This document shows, one piece after another, positions 15,227 through 25,014 of a stretch of DNA of 64,000 nucleotides (position 1 is the stretch's first letter; every line of letters starts with the position of its first letter). The position numbers and the translations under genes are program-made. Source of the DNA: Alphaproteobacteria bacterium (GTDB lineage Bacteria; Pseudomonadota; Alphaproteobacteria; MPNO01; UBA830); the NCBI GenBank assembly GCA_964291215.2, contig OZ219791.1, positions 1,824,001 through 1,888,000 of the forward strand, read 5' to 3'. The notes beneath the pieces are model-generated. The model was not told the origin of the DNA. It was given only the letters and a program-made list of their open reading frames with translations, and did no database searches.

Positions 15227-16436
15227 CCCCCGTTCCATAGTGAAGTGCAACACATGATGGGCTGTGGCCATGTGTTTTTAGACGCATGATGTTGCGGAGC
15301 TGTCCAGCAGCGGCGAGAGTTCCTGTACAAGATGGAGGGAGCTTGTTCATGTCCAAAGGCTACCGTCACCTACGAAGAGCGATGCCAGATTGAGGCAGAA
15401 AAGCGGTCTTTCACAAGGTGCGATTGCTCGGCAGCTGGGCCGATCAACAATTTTCCGGGAGATCAAGCGCAACACCGGGGGACGGGGTTACCGTCACAAG
15501 CAGGCGCAAAGGATGGCAGAAACGCAGGGCAGCCTCGTCTGTTTCCTGGCGGTTGATGCCTCGGGTTGAGGCTCAGAAAAAGCTGCGGGAGGGCCCCGAG
15601 CAGATCAGCGGCCGTTTTCGACTGGAAGGCCGTGGGTCGGCAACGGATCTATGATCGCATTCATGAAAATCGGAGAGCTGGGGGCGCCTTGTGGAAGAAG
15701 CTTCGGCGGCGCGGCAAGAAGCCGAACTGGAAGGGCGGATGCCATTCCGGCCGGGTCCTGTGGACATTTCCGAGCGCCCTGCGGAGGCAAAGGAACGGAT
15801 CGGCGACTGGGAGCCATCATCGGCAAAGCTCACAGTGGAGCTGTCGTGTCGCTCGTGCCACGAAATACACCTTGCTGGGTGGACAGAAAGACACGGTCGG
15901 TATGATCCGCCTGCTCGGCTCTGGTGCGCTATTGGTCCACACAATCACAACGGCAAGGAGTTCGCAGACCACAGGCGTGTCGCACTTGACGCAGATTTCT
16001 TTTTCGCCTTTCCATTCTTGGGAGCGCGGCTTGAATGAGCACACCAACGGCCTGGTGCGGGAGTACTTCCCGAAGGGCACGGACTTTCGCGCGACATGCA
16101 ACGAAGATGTTCGGAAGTTACAGGATCGGCTCAACACTCGGAAAGTCTTGGGATCGCCGACGGAGGTAATCTTGAAGTGAAACCGCCCTGACCATCTGCG
16201 CCATGTTCCAAAGCCGCAACGTGCAGCAGGGTCCATGCCGCGCGACGGGGAAATAGTGGCTTGAAGCCGACAAAGGCGTTGCATAAGCTCGATGTTGAAG
16301 GAACTGAAGCTGTTCCCAAGCGGAATCGAGAGGGGCAGAGGGGAAAAATTTGCGCAACACCCGGCCCTCATCGCAGTGAGGGCGTAGCCCGAACGGAGAT
16401 GAGGGCCGGGTGTTGCACTTCAGACTGGAAGTGGGG
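15227..16436 (+). mobile_element. IS30-family element copy 1 (eroded)
   Basis: 27-bp IRs CCCCCGTTCCATAGTGAAGTGCAACAC / CCCCACTTCCAGTCTGAAGTGCAACAC; SWERGLNEHTNGLVREYFPKGTDF. Confidence 0.9.
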
Positions 16437-16459
16437 AATCTATTTTGGCGAGAATCCTT

Positions 16460-16935
16460 AGTCGACCTCATCCGCCAGTCAGGAGGACTCCGCGTCCTTT
16501 CCCGTTTCCCGGTTATAGACGCGGTCCTTGACATTCAAGGGTCGCTTCATCCTGCCTGTCCTCCTCACCTTCCGGTCTTTCACTGCTGATCTGTCCCGGA
16601 TTGCCGCCGTCTGTACCCCGGGGAACCCGATGCGTGTTCCTCAGTTCTTCCGCATCGACACTGGCCATCGGGTAGCAACCTTGGCGTTCACCGTCTATCC
16701 CACAAATCAGCTTCGTGTGGGTGGGGAATTTCGGGGCTTCCCGTTCGCTTTCGCCCTCCGGTTTGCTCGCCGCCCTGGCTGACCGAACCGGCTGGACACT
16801 GAGTTCCAGCCAGCCCACGACGGCTTCCTACGTCCCAGCTCGCTGGTCCAGGGTCGCCCCTGAACCAATGCTACGGCGCCAAACTGAGAATTGCGGGACT
16901 TTCACCCGCAAGATCAGCAGCTAGACTCGCTGCAC
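16460..16935 (-). ncRNA. Group II intron 5' remnant (inner), no RT ORF
   Basis: Starts GTGCAGCGAGTCTAGCTGC, followed by a GCGGGTGAAAGTCCCGC domain-I hairpin; several GNRA-capped hairpins. Confidence 0.55.
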
Positions 16936-17060
16936 GCTTGCCGCTCCCCAACGCTTCGCCTGACGCCTCACGACGCATGGTTCACGGAGGAAGTGGTGGT
17001 TAGCCTCTCTTCCTGCCGGGACTTGCACCCGACCACATTCCACCAGTTTGCCTGGCGCAC
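16936..17060 (-). ncRNA. Group II intron 5' end (outer), inserted antisense in an IS66 fragment
   Basis: GTGCGCCAGGCAAACTGG start exactly at the IS66 junction; CGGGTGCAAGTCCCG hairpin. Confidence 0.65.
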
Positions 17061-17300
17061 CCGACGTCAGCTTCACCAACAATGCCGGAGAACAGAAAAT
17101 CAGGATGGCAAAGGTCAAGGTGTCCGGATGCTTCCGCTCCACGCAAAAGCATGGTGCCGGGGCTCAAGCTACCTCACCTCCATGGCCGCACTCGGCTACA
17201 ACCCACTCGTCGCCACCCAGATCGCCCTCGACGGAAAAGCCGCAGACATCATCAACGAGCACTACGACCAATCAGAACCCAACTAGGGGTGAGTAGATAC
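17061..17300 (+). mobile_element. IS66 right-end fragment
   Basis: Matches 1048-1287; ends GAGTAGATAC. Confidence 0.85.
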
Positions 17301-17544
17301 CCTCCATGAAGGTTTTACAACTCCATGGGATAGCACGATGGCGCCGCGTTTCACTGGGGGGCTAGCCCTGCCGTGTAGACATAAATCTACCAAGCAATGG
17401 TTTTGGCGATGCCCGCCGCGCCTACCATGTTGGCGGGATTTTGGGCGCGGTCTGGCTGTTGTCGCCGGCTTGAGCGGCGAGCGCGGGTGCAGCGGCTCGG
17501 GTAGCAAAAGACCCACTGGACAACTCCGGCGCGAAGAGTCGCGG

Positions 17545-18109
17545 CATGGCACAGTCACAGATCCAGTCCACGCGCGGCGGAGCCCCGGGTTGCCGCGATT
17601 CTGGCGCGGGAGCGGTTTGGCAGCCGCCACGCGTTCGGCCGCCGTCTGTGCGAGGATTCAGGGACCGGCGGGGCCGTTTGCCGGTTGCCTGAAGGCTCTG
17701 GAGGCGCGCTCGGGAGCAATTGTCCTTCCACCGCCGCGGGCGGTGCGCCCGTCGCTTCTGGAGACGCCGATAGCGCCTGCGGAGGGAGTTCTGGACCGGC
17801 TTTCGGAGGTTTGAGATTGCGGCACGCGCGCCGGGTGTGGAACACGCTGATGGCATCCGCGTGACGATGTTTGCCGGCTGCGCTATCTCGTTGGCTCCGA
17901 GCATGGTCTTTTGGGCGCCGCGGGGTTTTCTGCCGCTGTCGGCGCGCGACCGGGGGTGGGACGAAGCGCAGCGGCGGGACAATCTTGACCGGGTTCTGAG
18001 CCGTTTCCTGATCCGGCCGGGTGTTGCCAACCTTGCCAGCCATGTGCTGGGGCGTGTTCTGCGGCGTCTGCCGGGGGACTTCGAGGCGCGTTACGGTTTT
18101 CAGCCGTGA
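17545..18109 (+). pseudogene. DUF4338 (DruA-like) N-terminal part of a probable IS4-like transposase, eroded
   Basis: AGCLKAL..LEA; RD.GWDEAQRRDNLDRV.LSRFLIRPGV.NLASHVLG...LPGDFEARYG..P. Confidence 0.6.
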
Positions 18110-18351
18110 CTTGTCGAGACGTTTCTTGAGGATCAGGGAGCGTGCCTGCGCGCGGCGAACTTTGTGCGCATTGGCGCGACGGCGGGGCGCGGCCGTCAGG
18201 ATCGCGAGAACCGCGGCCGGTGAATTCATGTACGCGCTGTGCCAGCGGCGGCGTCTGGGGGTTACAGCCCGGTGGCAATGACGAGAGCGGGTATGCGCAT
18301 GGGAACCCCTGTCCGTGAAAGGGAACCTCCGGCCGCCCGGAGGGCGCCGGA

Positions 18352-18388
18352 GGAAAGAAGGCCCCGGCCGCGCGAAGCGGCCGGGGCC
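18352..18388 (-). terminator. Intrinsic terminator after the lipoprotein gene
   Basis: GGCCCCGGCCGC/GCGGCCGGGGCC stem followed by TTCTTT on the minus strand. Confidence 0.65.
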
Positions 18389-18415
18389 CGGGAACGCGGA
18401 TGTTCCGGGAGCAGG

Positions 18416-20155
18416 CTACTCTGCCGGCGCCTGTATCCTCGTCGAGAATGCGCCGGCAGCGCTCCCGTTCGGGAAATGGGTGTTGAAGGCGCCCATGTAG
18501 CCGGCCGGGCGCCCCACGCCGTCCTGGCTGAAGGGGTTACCCTGCCAACTGCCGGGCTTGTCGAAGGCGGTGCTGCCGCTGGAACCCGTGGCCAAGCCCT
18601 CGGCATCGAAGCTGACATGCTTTGTCTGCGCGAGCTTGACGCTCCACTTCTCGTCGACGGCATTCCCCTTGAAGTTGTCGATCTTTCCTTCTATTTTGGG
18701 ATCATTCCCGAACTTGGCGTTGAGCGTCACATCCGCCGTGAACCGTGCGGTCTTCTGCCCCGTGTGCTCGCCGGCGGTGTAGAGCTTCAGCGCCGACAGG
18801 CCAAAGGCTTCGCCCTTGTAGGTGGCAGTGTTCGGGAGAGTGGTGCTCTTGCCGTAGTCTCCGCGATAGCGGGCAGGGCTGTTTGCCATGACACTGATCC
18901 CGGTGGTTTCGCCGGTTCCATACAGCCAGTACCCGTAGCGGACATAGGCATTCCACGTCGTGTAGTGGGAGTTCCTCGGCGTAATCCAGTAGTAGCGATA
19001 CGAGCCCGCGTAGCCATCGTCGAATTCGTCGGCCGCCTTGAAGAACAGCTTGCCGGTCAGCTTGCCGCCCGGGGCATTGCATGTGCCCTGGCAATACAGC
19101 GTCCCCTTGACCCCCTTGTAATACTGGTCCCCGGAGATGTCGGTGGGATACGCCGTCAGGCCCGTTCCGCTCGAGTTGGTGAGTGCGGACAGGGGCATCC
19201 CGGCAAGGGGCAGGACATCGACATCCATGTTGTCGGTGCCGAAGGCCTTCTTCACGAGCATCCCATCCTTGGCGGCAATCTGCTCCCAGGTCATGACGCC
19301 GGCCGGGAGTTCGCCATCGTCATACTTGTGATAGAACATGGATCTCAGATCGGCGGTAGTCCCCCCGGTGGGGGTGGTGGCGATGACCTTCCTCGGCGGC
19401 ATAGGGGCCCCGGAGAGGGTGTCTGTCGGCCTCCGATTGTACAGATTCATGCCGCCTTTGCCATCGTAACCGCCGGTGCGGGTCGAGCCGGAGCGAGCTG
19501 TGTCCCTAGGCGACAAGCTATTAAGCATCCGCCTCGCGGGCCTTGACGACGTAGCGTTGTCGAAGCCAGCGGTAGCGAGGGTTTCGCCAGCGCGGTCCTT
19601 GAGCTCCGCCTCGGTATCCATCCTTGAGAAATAGTCTCCGATCGTGCCGGCCCCGGTCAGGGTCTTCTCGATGGCCTTGATCTCCGCTTTCACTGTTTCG
19701 ATCTGACCCGTGACCACCTTCTTCTGCGCCGCAAGGCCGGTCGTGCCGGCCGGCAGGGCGTTCAGGTCCGTCAGCGCCTTCTCGGCCGCCGTCAGCGCCG
19801 TCTTGGCGTCCGCCAGCGCCTTGTCGGCCGCCGCCTTCGCGGCCGCCACGAGCGCGGCGTTGGTCCGGACCACCGAGCTGTCGCCGCCTGTATAGTAGAG
19901 TTGCCGAGCGAATTGGGGCGGCTCGACCGCCTTCTTGACCGCGGCCAGCTGATCTTCCGCTGTCTTCCTGGCCGTCATCGCCGCCGTCTCGGCTGCCGCG
20001 GCGGCGTCGTAGGCCGCCTGCGCCTTCTGGGCGTCCGTCATCTCCATCTGCTGGTTGCCCATCGCGACCGGCTTCTTCGACCCGCCACCGCAGCCCGCGA
20101 GCGCCAGACCCGCAGCGGCCAGCGCCGCCAAGGTCACATATTTCATAATTCCCAT
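18416..20155 (-). CDS. Surface lipoprotein with Ala-rich coiled coil and TbpB/fHbp-like C-terminal beta-barrel
   Basis: Lipobox LAGC + GGG; ATYKGEA.G, FTADVTLNAKF, IEGKIDNF, GAF end; GAGGAG RBS. Confidence 0.75.
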   Translation of the reverse strand: MGIMKYVTLAALAAAGLALAGCGGGSKKPVAMGNQQMEMTDAQKAQAAYDAAAAAETAAMTARKTAEDQLAAVKKAVEPPQFARQLYYTGGDSSVVRTNAALVAAAKAAADKALADAKTALTAAEKALTDLNALPAGTTGLAAQKKVVTGQIETVKAEIKAIEKTLTGAGTIGDYFSRMDTEAELKDRAGETLATAGFDNATSSRPARRMLNSLSPRDTARSGSTRTGGYDGKGGMNLYNRRPTDTLSGAPMPPRKVIATTPTGGTTADLRSMFYHKYDDGELPAGVMTWEQIAAKDGMLVKKAFGTDNMDVDVLPLAGMPLSALTNSSGTGLTAYPTDISGDQYYKGVKGTLYCQGTCNAPGGKLTGKLFFKAADEFDDGYAGSYRYYWITPRNSHYTTWNAYVRYGYWLYGTGETTGISVMANSPARYRGDYGKSTTLPNTATYKGEAFGLSALKLYTAGEHTGQKTARFTADVTLNAKFGNDPKIEGKIDNFKGNAVDEKWSVKLAQTKHVSFDAEGLATGSSGSTAFDKPGSWQGNPFSQDGVGRPAGYMGAFNTHFPNGSAAGAFSTRIQAPAE

Positions 20156-20169
20156 CGAACTTTTCTCCT

Positions 20170-20193
20170 CCCCCGTTCCATAGTGAAGTGGGG
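20170..20193. repeat. 24-bp IS30 scar (IRL fused to IRR)
   Basis: CCCCCGTTCCATAGTGAAGTGGGG flanked by CCT on both sides. Confidence 0.7.
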
Positions 20194-20296
20194 CCTTAGG
20201 TTGTGGACGATTACGCAACCTGATGTCTGGAAATTGTCGTGAATCTCTCAGTCATCGAGCTGTTCATTTGATGTATGCCTTGGTTTCGGTTTCCCA

Positions 20297-20354
20297 CCCC
20301 CGTTCCATAGTGAAGTGCAACACATGATGGGCTGTGACCATGTGTTTTTAGACG
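20297..20354 (+). mobile_element. IS30 left-end fragment
   Basis: Matches the first 58 bp of the IS30 copies. Confidence 0.85.
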
Positions 20355-20386
20355 ATGGATGAGGAGGGCGGGTGTCAGAACCCGCC

Positions 20387-20714
20387 GGGGGGGGGGGCTT
20401 GCCATGGAGTGGCTTCCGACGCAGCGCGGGCGTGAACCATCCCGCTCCATAGGCTTGAATGCCAGGGAACGAATGCTCGCCGAGGGCCGTGCGACCCCGG
20501 TTGTCTGAGGTGTAAAGAGCTTCGGTCCTGAAGCAACGGCACCCGACGGCGTGGCGTGAGCCGCCGTGTTCCCGTCGAAGCAGGTCAGGGAAGTGGTGCG
20601 CCTGCGTGGCCGGCTCCCTGACCGAGAGGTTTGCGCTCAGGCGACGGGATATCTTCCCAAGGTCATCCGCCGATACAGTCCAGCGTCCGAATCGGGGGGG
20701 GGGGGGGGGGGGGG
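20387..20714. repeat. Homopolymer tracts G11 (20387-20397) and G21 (20694-20714)
   Basis: Direct count. Confidence 0.9.
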
Positions 20715-21121
20715 TACGAAGGTCGCGCGCGCGTGAGGCACTCACGTTGTAGCCGAACGACCACGGCAGTCTGCGCATCACAACATCCCCTGATGTCTCG
20801 GTCATGCCTTCAACCTCCCGTACAACAGGTTTGCGGCCACATGCGCCGACCACAATCCTGCCATATCGCATGTACGTATAGCTCGCACAGCAGCCGAGTG
20901 CAACCCCGTCATGTGGGAACGTACTACGATCCCACGCTAGTAGTACACCGGCATTGTATTGATGGTTTTTGTGGGTAGTATTTTCGTGTCGGCGTTCGTT
21001 GGAATCCGGACAGTGCCGATACGGGCAAGATGCCGAACAGGCAGGCAGCCGCAGCGCCATGCGCAGGTCCGGACAACGGGCATGCCCGCAGGTCTTTGGG
21101 GCAATGACAGGAGCGGCGCAT

Positions 21122-21486
21122 ATGGCCAACTCTCAGGGCAGGAAACTCTACCGGGTGACCCTTTCGGCGCAGGAGCGCCGGGATCTGAAGGCGATGGCAC
21201 CGGGGCTGCCTGGCGCCGGGCACAGGTCCTGATGCTGAGGGGGCGCTTGTCGATGCCGACATTGCGCTGGGCATCGGCACGGCGACGGTTGAGCGCTTGC
21301 GCAAGCGCTGCGGGGGCTGGACGCCGCCCGCAAGGAGCAGGTGAACCGCCGGCCGAAACGGGGGCGATGGAGGCGAAGCTGGTCTCGTCCCCGCCCGAGG
21401 GCTGTGGACGCTGCTTGCCGGCCGTCTGGTGGAGATCGTCGAGCGCATTTCGGAAGAAACGGTCAGGAAGACGCTAAAAAAAGAGG
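21122..21486 (+). pseudogene. IS630-family transposase N-terminal HTH fragment
   Basis: KLYRVTLSAQERRDL, ARRAQVL, TVERLRKRC, ISEETVRKTLKK. Confidence 0.75.
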
Positions 21487-22657
21487 CCCCCGTTCCATAG
21501 TGAAGTGCAACACATGATGGGCTGTGGCCATGTGTTTTTAGACGCATGATGTTGCGGAGCTGTCCAGCAGCGGCGAGAGTTCCTGTACAAGATGGAGGGA
21601 GCTTGTTCATGTCCAAAGGCTACCGTCACCTACGAAGAGCGATGCCAGATTGAGGCAGAAAAGCGGTCTTTCACAAGGTGCGATTGCTCGGCAGCTGGGC
21701 CGATCAACAATTTTCCGGGAGATCAAGCGCAACACCGGGGGACGGGGTTACCGTCACAAGCAGGCGCAAAGGATGGCAGAAACGCAGGGCAGCCTCGTCT
21801 GTTTCCTGGCGGTTGACGCCTCGGGTTGAAGCTCAGAAAAAGCTGCGGGAGGGCCCCGAGCAGCGGCTGTTTTCGACTGGAAGGCCGTGAACGGATCCAT
21901 GATCGCCGAAGATCGGAGAGCTGGGGGCGTCTTGAAGCTTCGGCGGCGCGGCAAGAAGCCGAACTGGAAGGGCGGATGCCATTCCGGCCGGGTGGACATT
22001 TCCGAGCGCCCTGCGGAGGCAAGGGAACGGATCGGCGACTGGGAGCCATCATCGGCAAAGCTCACAGTGGAGCTGTCGTGTCGCTCGTGCCACGAAATAC
22101 ACCTTGCTGGGTGAACAGAAAGACACGGTTGGTATGATCCGCCTGCTCGGCTCTGGTGCGCTATTGGTCCACACAATCACAACGGCAAGGAGTTCGCAGA
22201 CCACAGGCGTGTCGCACTTGACGCAGATTTCTTCTTCGCCTTTCCATTCCTGGGAGCGCGGCTTGAATGAGCACACCAACGGCCTGGTGCGGGAGTACTT
22301 CCCGAAGGGCACGGACTTTCGCGCGACATGCAACGAAGATGTTCAGAAGGTGCAGCTCAACATTCGGAAAGTCCTGGGATCGCCGACGGAGGTAATCTTG
22401 AAGTGAAACCGCCCTGACCATCTGCGTTCCGCAGCCGCAACGTGCAGCAGGGTCCATGCCGCGCGACGGCGGAATAGTGGCTTGAAGCCGACAAAGGTGT
22501 TGCATAAGCTCGATGTTGAAGGGACTGAAGCTGTTCCCAGGCGGAATCGAGAGGGGCAGAGGGGAAAAATTTGCGCAACACCCGGCCCTCATCTCCGTTC
22601 GGGCTACGCCCTCACTGCGATGAGGGCCGGGTGTTGCACTTCAGACTGGAAGTGGGG
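21487..22657 (+). mobile_element. IS30-family element copy 2 (eroded)
   Basis: Same IRs and DDE remnants as copy 1. Confidence 0.9.
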
Positions 22658-24367
22658 TCTTATTTCAACATGGCGCTACATCCTGTTGAATTCTGTCAGC
22701 TTGTGAGGCGGCTCCTCGTGCGGCGGGTTCGACACCAGCTGCCGAGGAGATTTCGGCAACCTCGGCGGCGCGTGTCCTGTCGGTTGACGATCAATGCGCG
22801 CAGGCGCGTGGTGACCCTGGTTCCGCATGCTCTCGCGGATTGATGTCCGGCACTTGTCGATGCCCCGCGCGGGGATCAGATGCACCGCGGCGAGCACGGC
22901 GATCAACAGGTGGGCGGCGATGCGCTGGCCGGGCGCAATCCGGGCTCGGATTTCAATGAACGGAAGGTGGCCTCGATATCCGTGTCCCGAGGATGGTCTC
23001 GATATCCTGGTCGCTGGTGCGCAGGCGCCCGCGTTGTCTTGTCGTCTGTGGCTGAAGGCAGTTGCGTTGGCGCCGGCCTTCTCGACAGTGATCTCGTAGT
23101 GCCGGGCGACGGTGGAGAAGCGCTGCTCGAGACCGCTCTCCGGCACCTCGTCGTGGCGCCAGCCCTTGGCCGAGAGGTGAGGCTTTGCCGCCTCGAAGCC
23201 CTGCGGCCAGGAATGGCGTCCTCGGCCCTCTTCCTGCTCTCGCTGACCACGCCGCGCCATCCTCGCTGGCAAGGCGCCTGCACCTCGTGGTTGGTGATCA
23301 GCCTCGGGCCCACCCTCGGGCGGCGCCGCCCGCGATCCAGCCGTGCTCGCCACGCGATGTTCGCCTCGGTGCCGGCGTCCATGACTACCGTCGGCTTTGC
23401 CGCCGGGCCCGCCTGCAGCCTCAACAGCGCATCCTCCAGCGTACCGGGTTCGCTCACGTTGCCCGGCAAGACCTCGCAACTGCGCCGAAAGCCCGCGCCG
23501 CGCAAGCGTGGGGCAATCATTGCGCTTCGAGCGCCCGAAGCGGGGGAGATTGCCGTCGGCGCGGCCGTGAACATTGGTGAGATCGTAAAAGGCGATGGTG
23601 TCGGGGATGCAGCGCGCGCTCGCGGTTGAACAGCTCCTTCCAGATGGCGGCCCGGTGGCACAGGTCGCCGATGCGGTACAGCGTCTTGCGCGCCTTGCCC
23701 TCCAGATCCGGAAGCTCCGCGGTCGCGCTGTCATCGCGCAGCCGGCGCTTGCTGGCAGATCATCCTGGCGACGATCAGCGCACTCGTGATGCCGAGGTCG
23801 TGAAGCCGAGATCGCGCCTCGAGGCACAGGCCAGCCGACCGAGCGCGGGTTCTCGAGGCTGTCGAGGTTGACGGTCGCAATTTGCGTGCGTCTTCCTCCA
23901 GAGCGTCGGCGCGGAACCTCCGGGCCCTTGTTGACGATGTTCTCGGCTGCGGCCTGCACGCGGCTTCGAACAGCGGCGGGCGGCCAGCGCTTCGGCGGCA
24001 ACCTCCTTCCAGTTCTTGCGCGCCACCGGATAGTTGGTGCCGAGGCAGCGTGCGCTGCCTGACCTTGTCGGCCGATGCGTTGAGAAAGCACGGGCCGGTG
24101 GACAGGTTTGCCGTCTGCGGTGCTGAGGGTTTTTGGTTGCCCTGATGAACATGTTGTCTGGAGCCTTTTGTGTTGACGAGGCTCCGGATATACCGGGTTT
24201 GGCAGCGGGGTCGAGCGAATCGGCAATATCCTGGTACCACAGCGGCCATCCCGGATAGAAAATCACAGATATAGTAGGCAAGGTCACAAAATGCCAACAT
24301 ACGGTATATCGAGCGGGGCTGCCGCATAAATTTCTCTCTCAACTGACGCAAAAAGTGCCAACTTGGG

Positions 24368-25014
24368 GATAGATCCTGTGATAGGCGCGGAATGCGCTCA
24401 GCGACCGCAGCACCGCGTCCCACTGGTAGTAGTCGACCGCTCCGCCGACCCTGTCGTACATCGGCAGCAGGACATGGTACTTGGAATCGAGGAGCCGGGC
24501 CGTGTTGTCCGCGCGTTCGATGTCGAAACCGGCTTGCATGAACCGCATCGCCTCGTCCTGGAGCATCGTTCCGGCGGCCACGCCTCGAAACAGGTGCGAA
24601 CGCTACTTGATCCAGTCGAAGAACCGGCGGCGGTTGTTCGGCAGCAGCACGGTCTCGTCGCCAGCCTGCAGCTCGAACCAGGTGGCGTTGATGATCTCGA
24701 ACATCTTCGTGGTTATCGAACCCCGCAGCGCGCGCGTTTTCGCGCATCGCATTGAAGCTCGAGACGATACTCATCGGGCTGCCGGTGTCGAACGTCAGCT
24801 AGTGCAGAACCGCTCGGCCGGCATCGCCGGCGTCGGAAGCGATCTCGTTCGTGCCCGCGACCTCGAGCGCCGACCCCCAGGCCAGTTCCTGCGCCGCGGC
24901 CGGCTGCGGAATCAGGGCCATGCGGTCCGCCATGTCGAGAATGCGCGTCATGTTCTCCGCGCGCTCCGAATAGCGCGCCATCCAGTAGAGCTGGTCCGCG
25001 ACCCGACTCAGCAT
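24368..25014 (-). pseudogene. Alpha-E domain protein (DUF403), 5' part
   Basis: MLSRVADQLYWMARYSERAEN, IERADNTARLLD.KY; internal TAG at ~24799. Confidence 0.85.

Larger units (their letters stand above)
15169..24367 (-). mobile_element. IS1634-family element inserted in the alpha-E gene; transposase remnant at ~22690-24152; IS30 composite nested in its right end
   Basis: Terminal IRs CCCAAGTCGGGACTTTTTGCG / CCCAAGTTGGCACTTTTTGCG; GATA duplicated on both sides; motifs FYDLTN, FGRSK.RNDCP, PGNVSEPGTL, DIEATFRSLKSE.GLRP. Confidence 0.8.

Noticed and set aside
17545-18109. Functional Druantia defence system
   Set aside because: Only an eroded DUF4338 fragment; no DruE helicase or other partners.
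20248-21129. 293-aa ORF
   Set aside because: It crosses IS30 remnants and homopolymers, with no recognisable domain.
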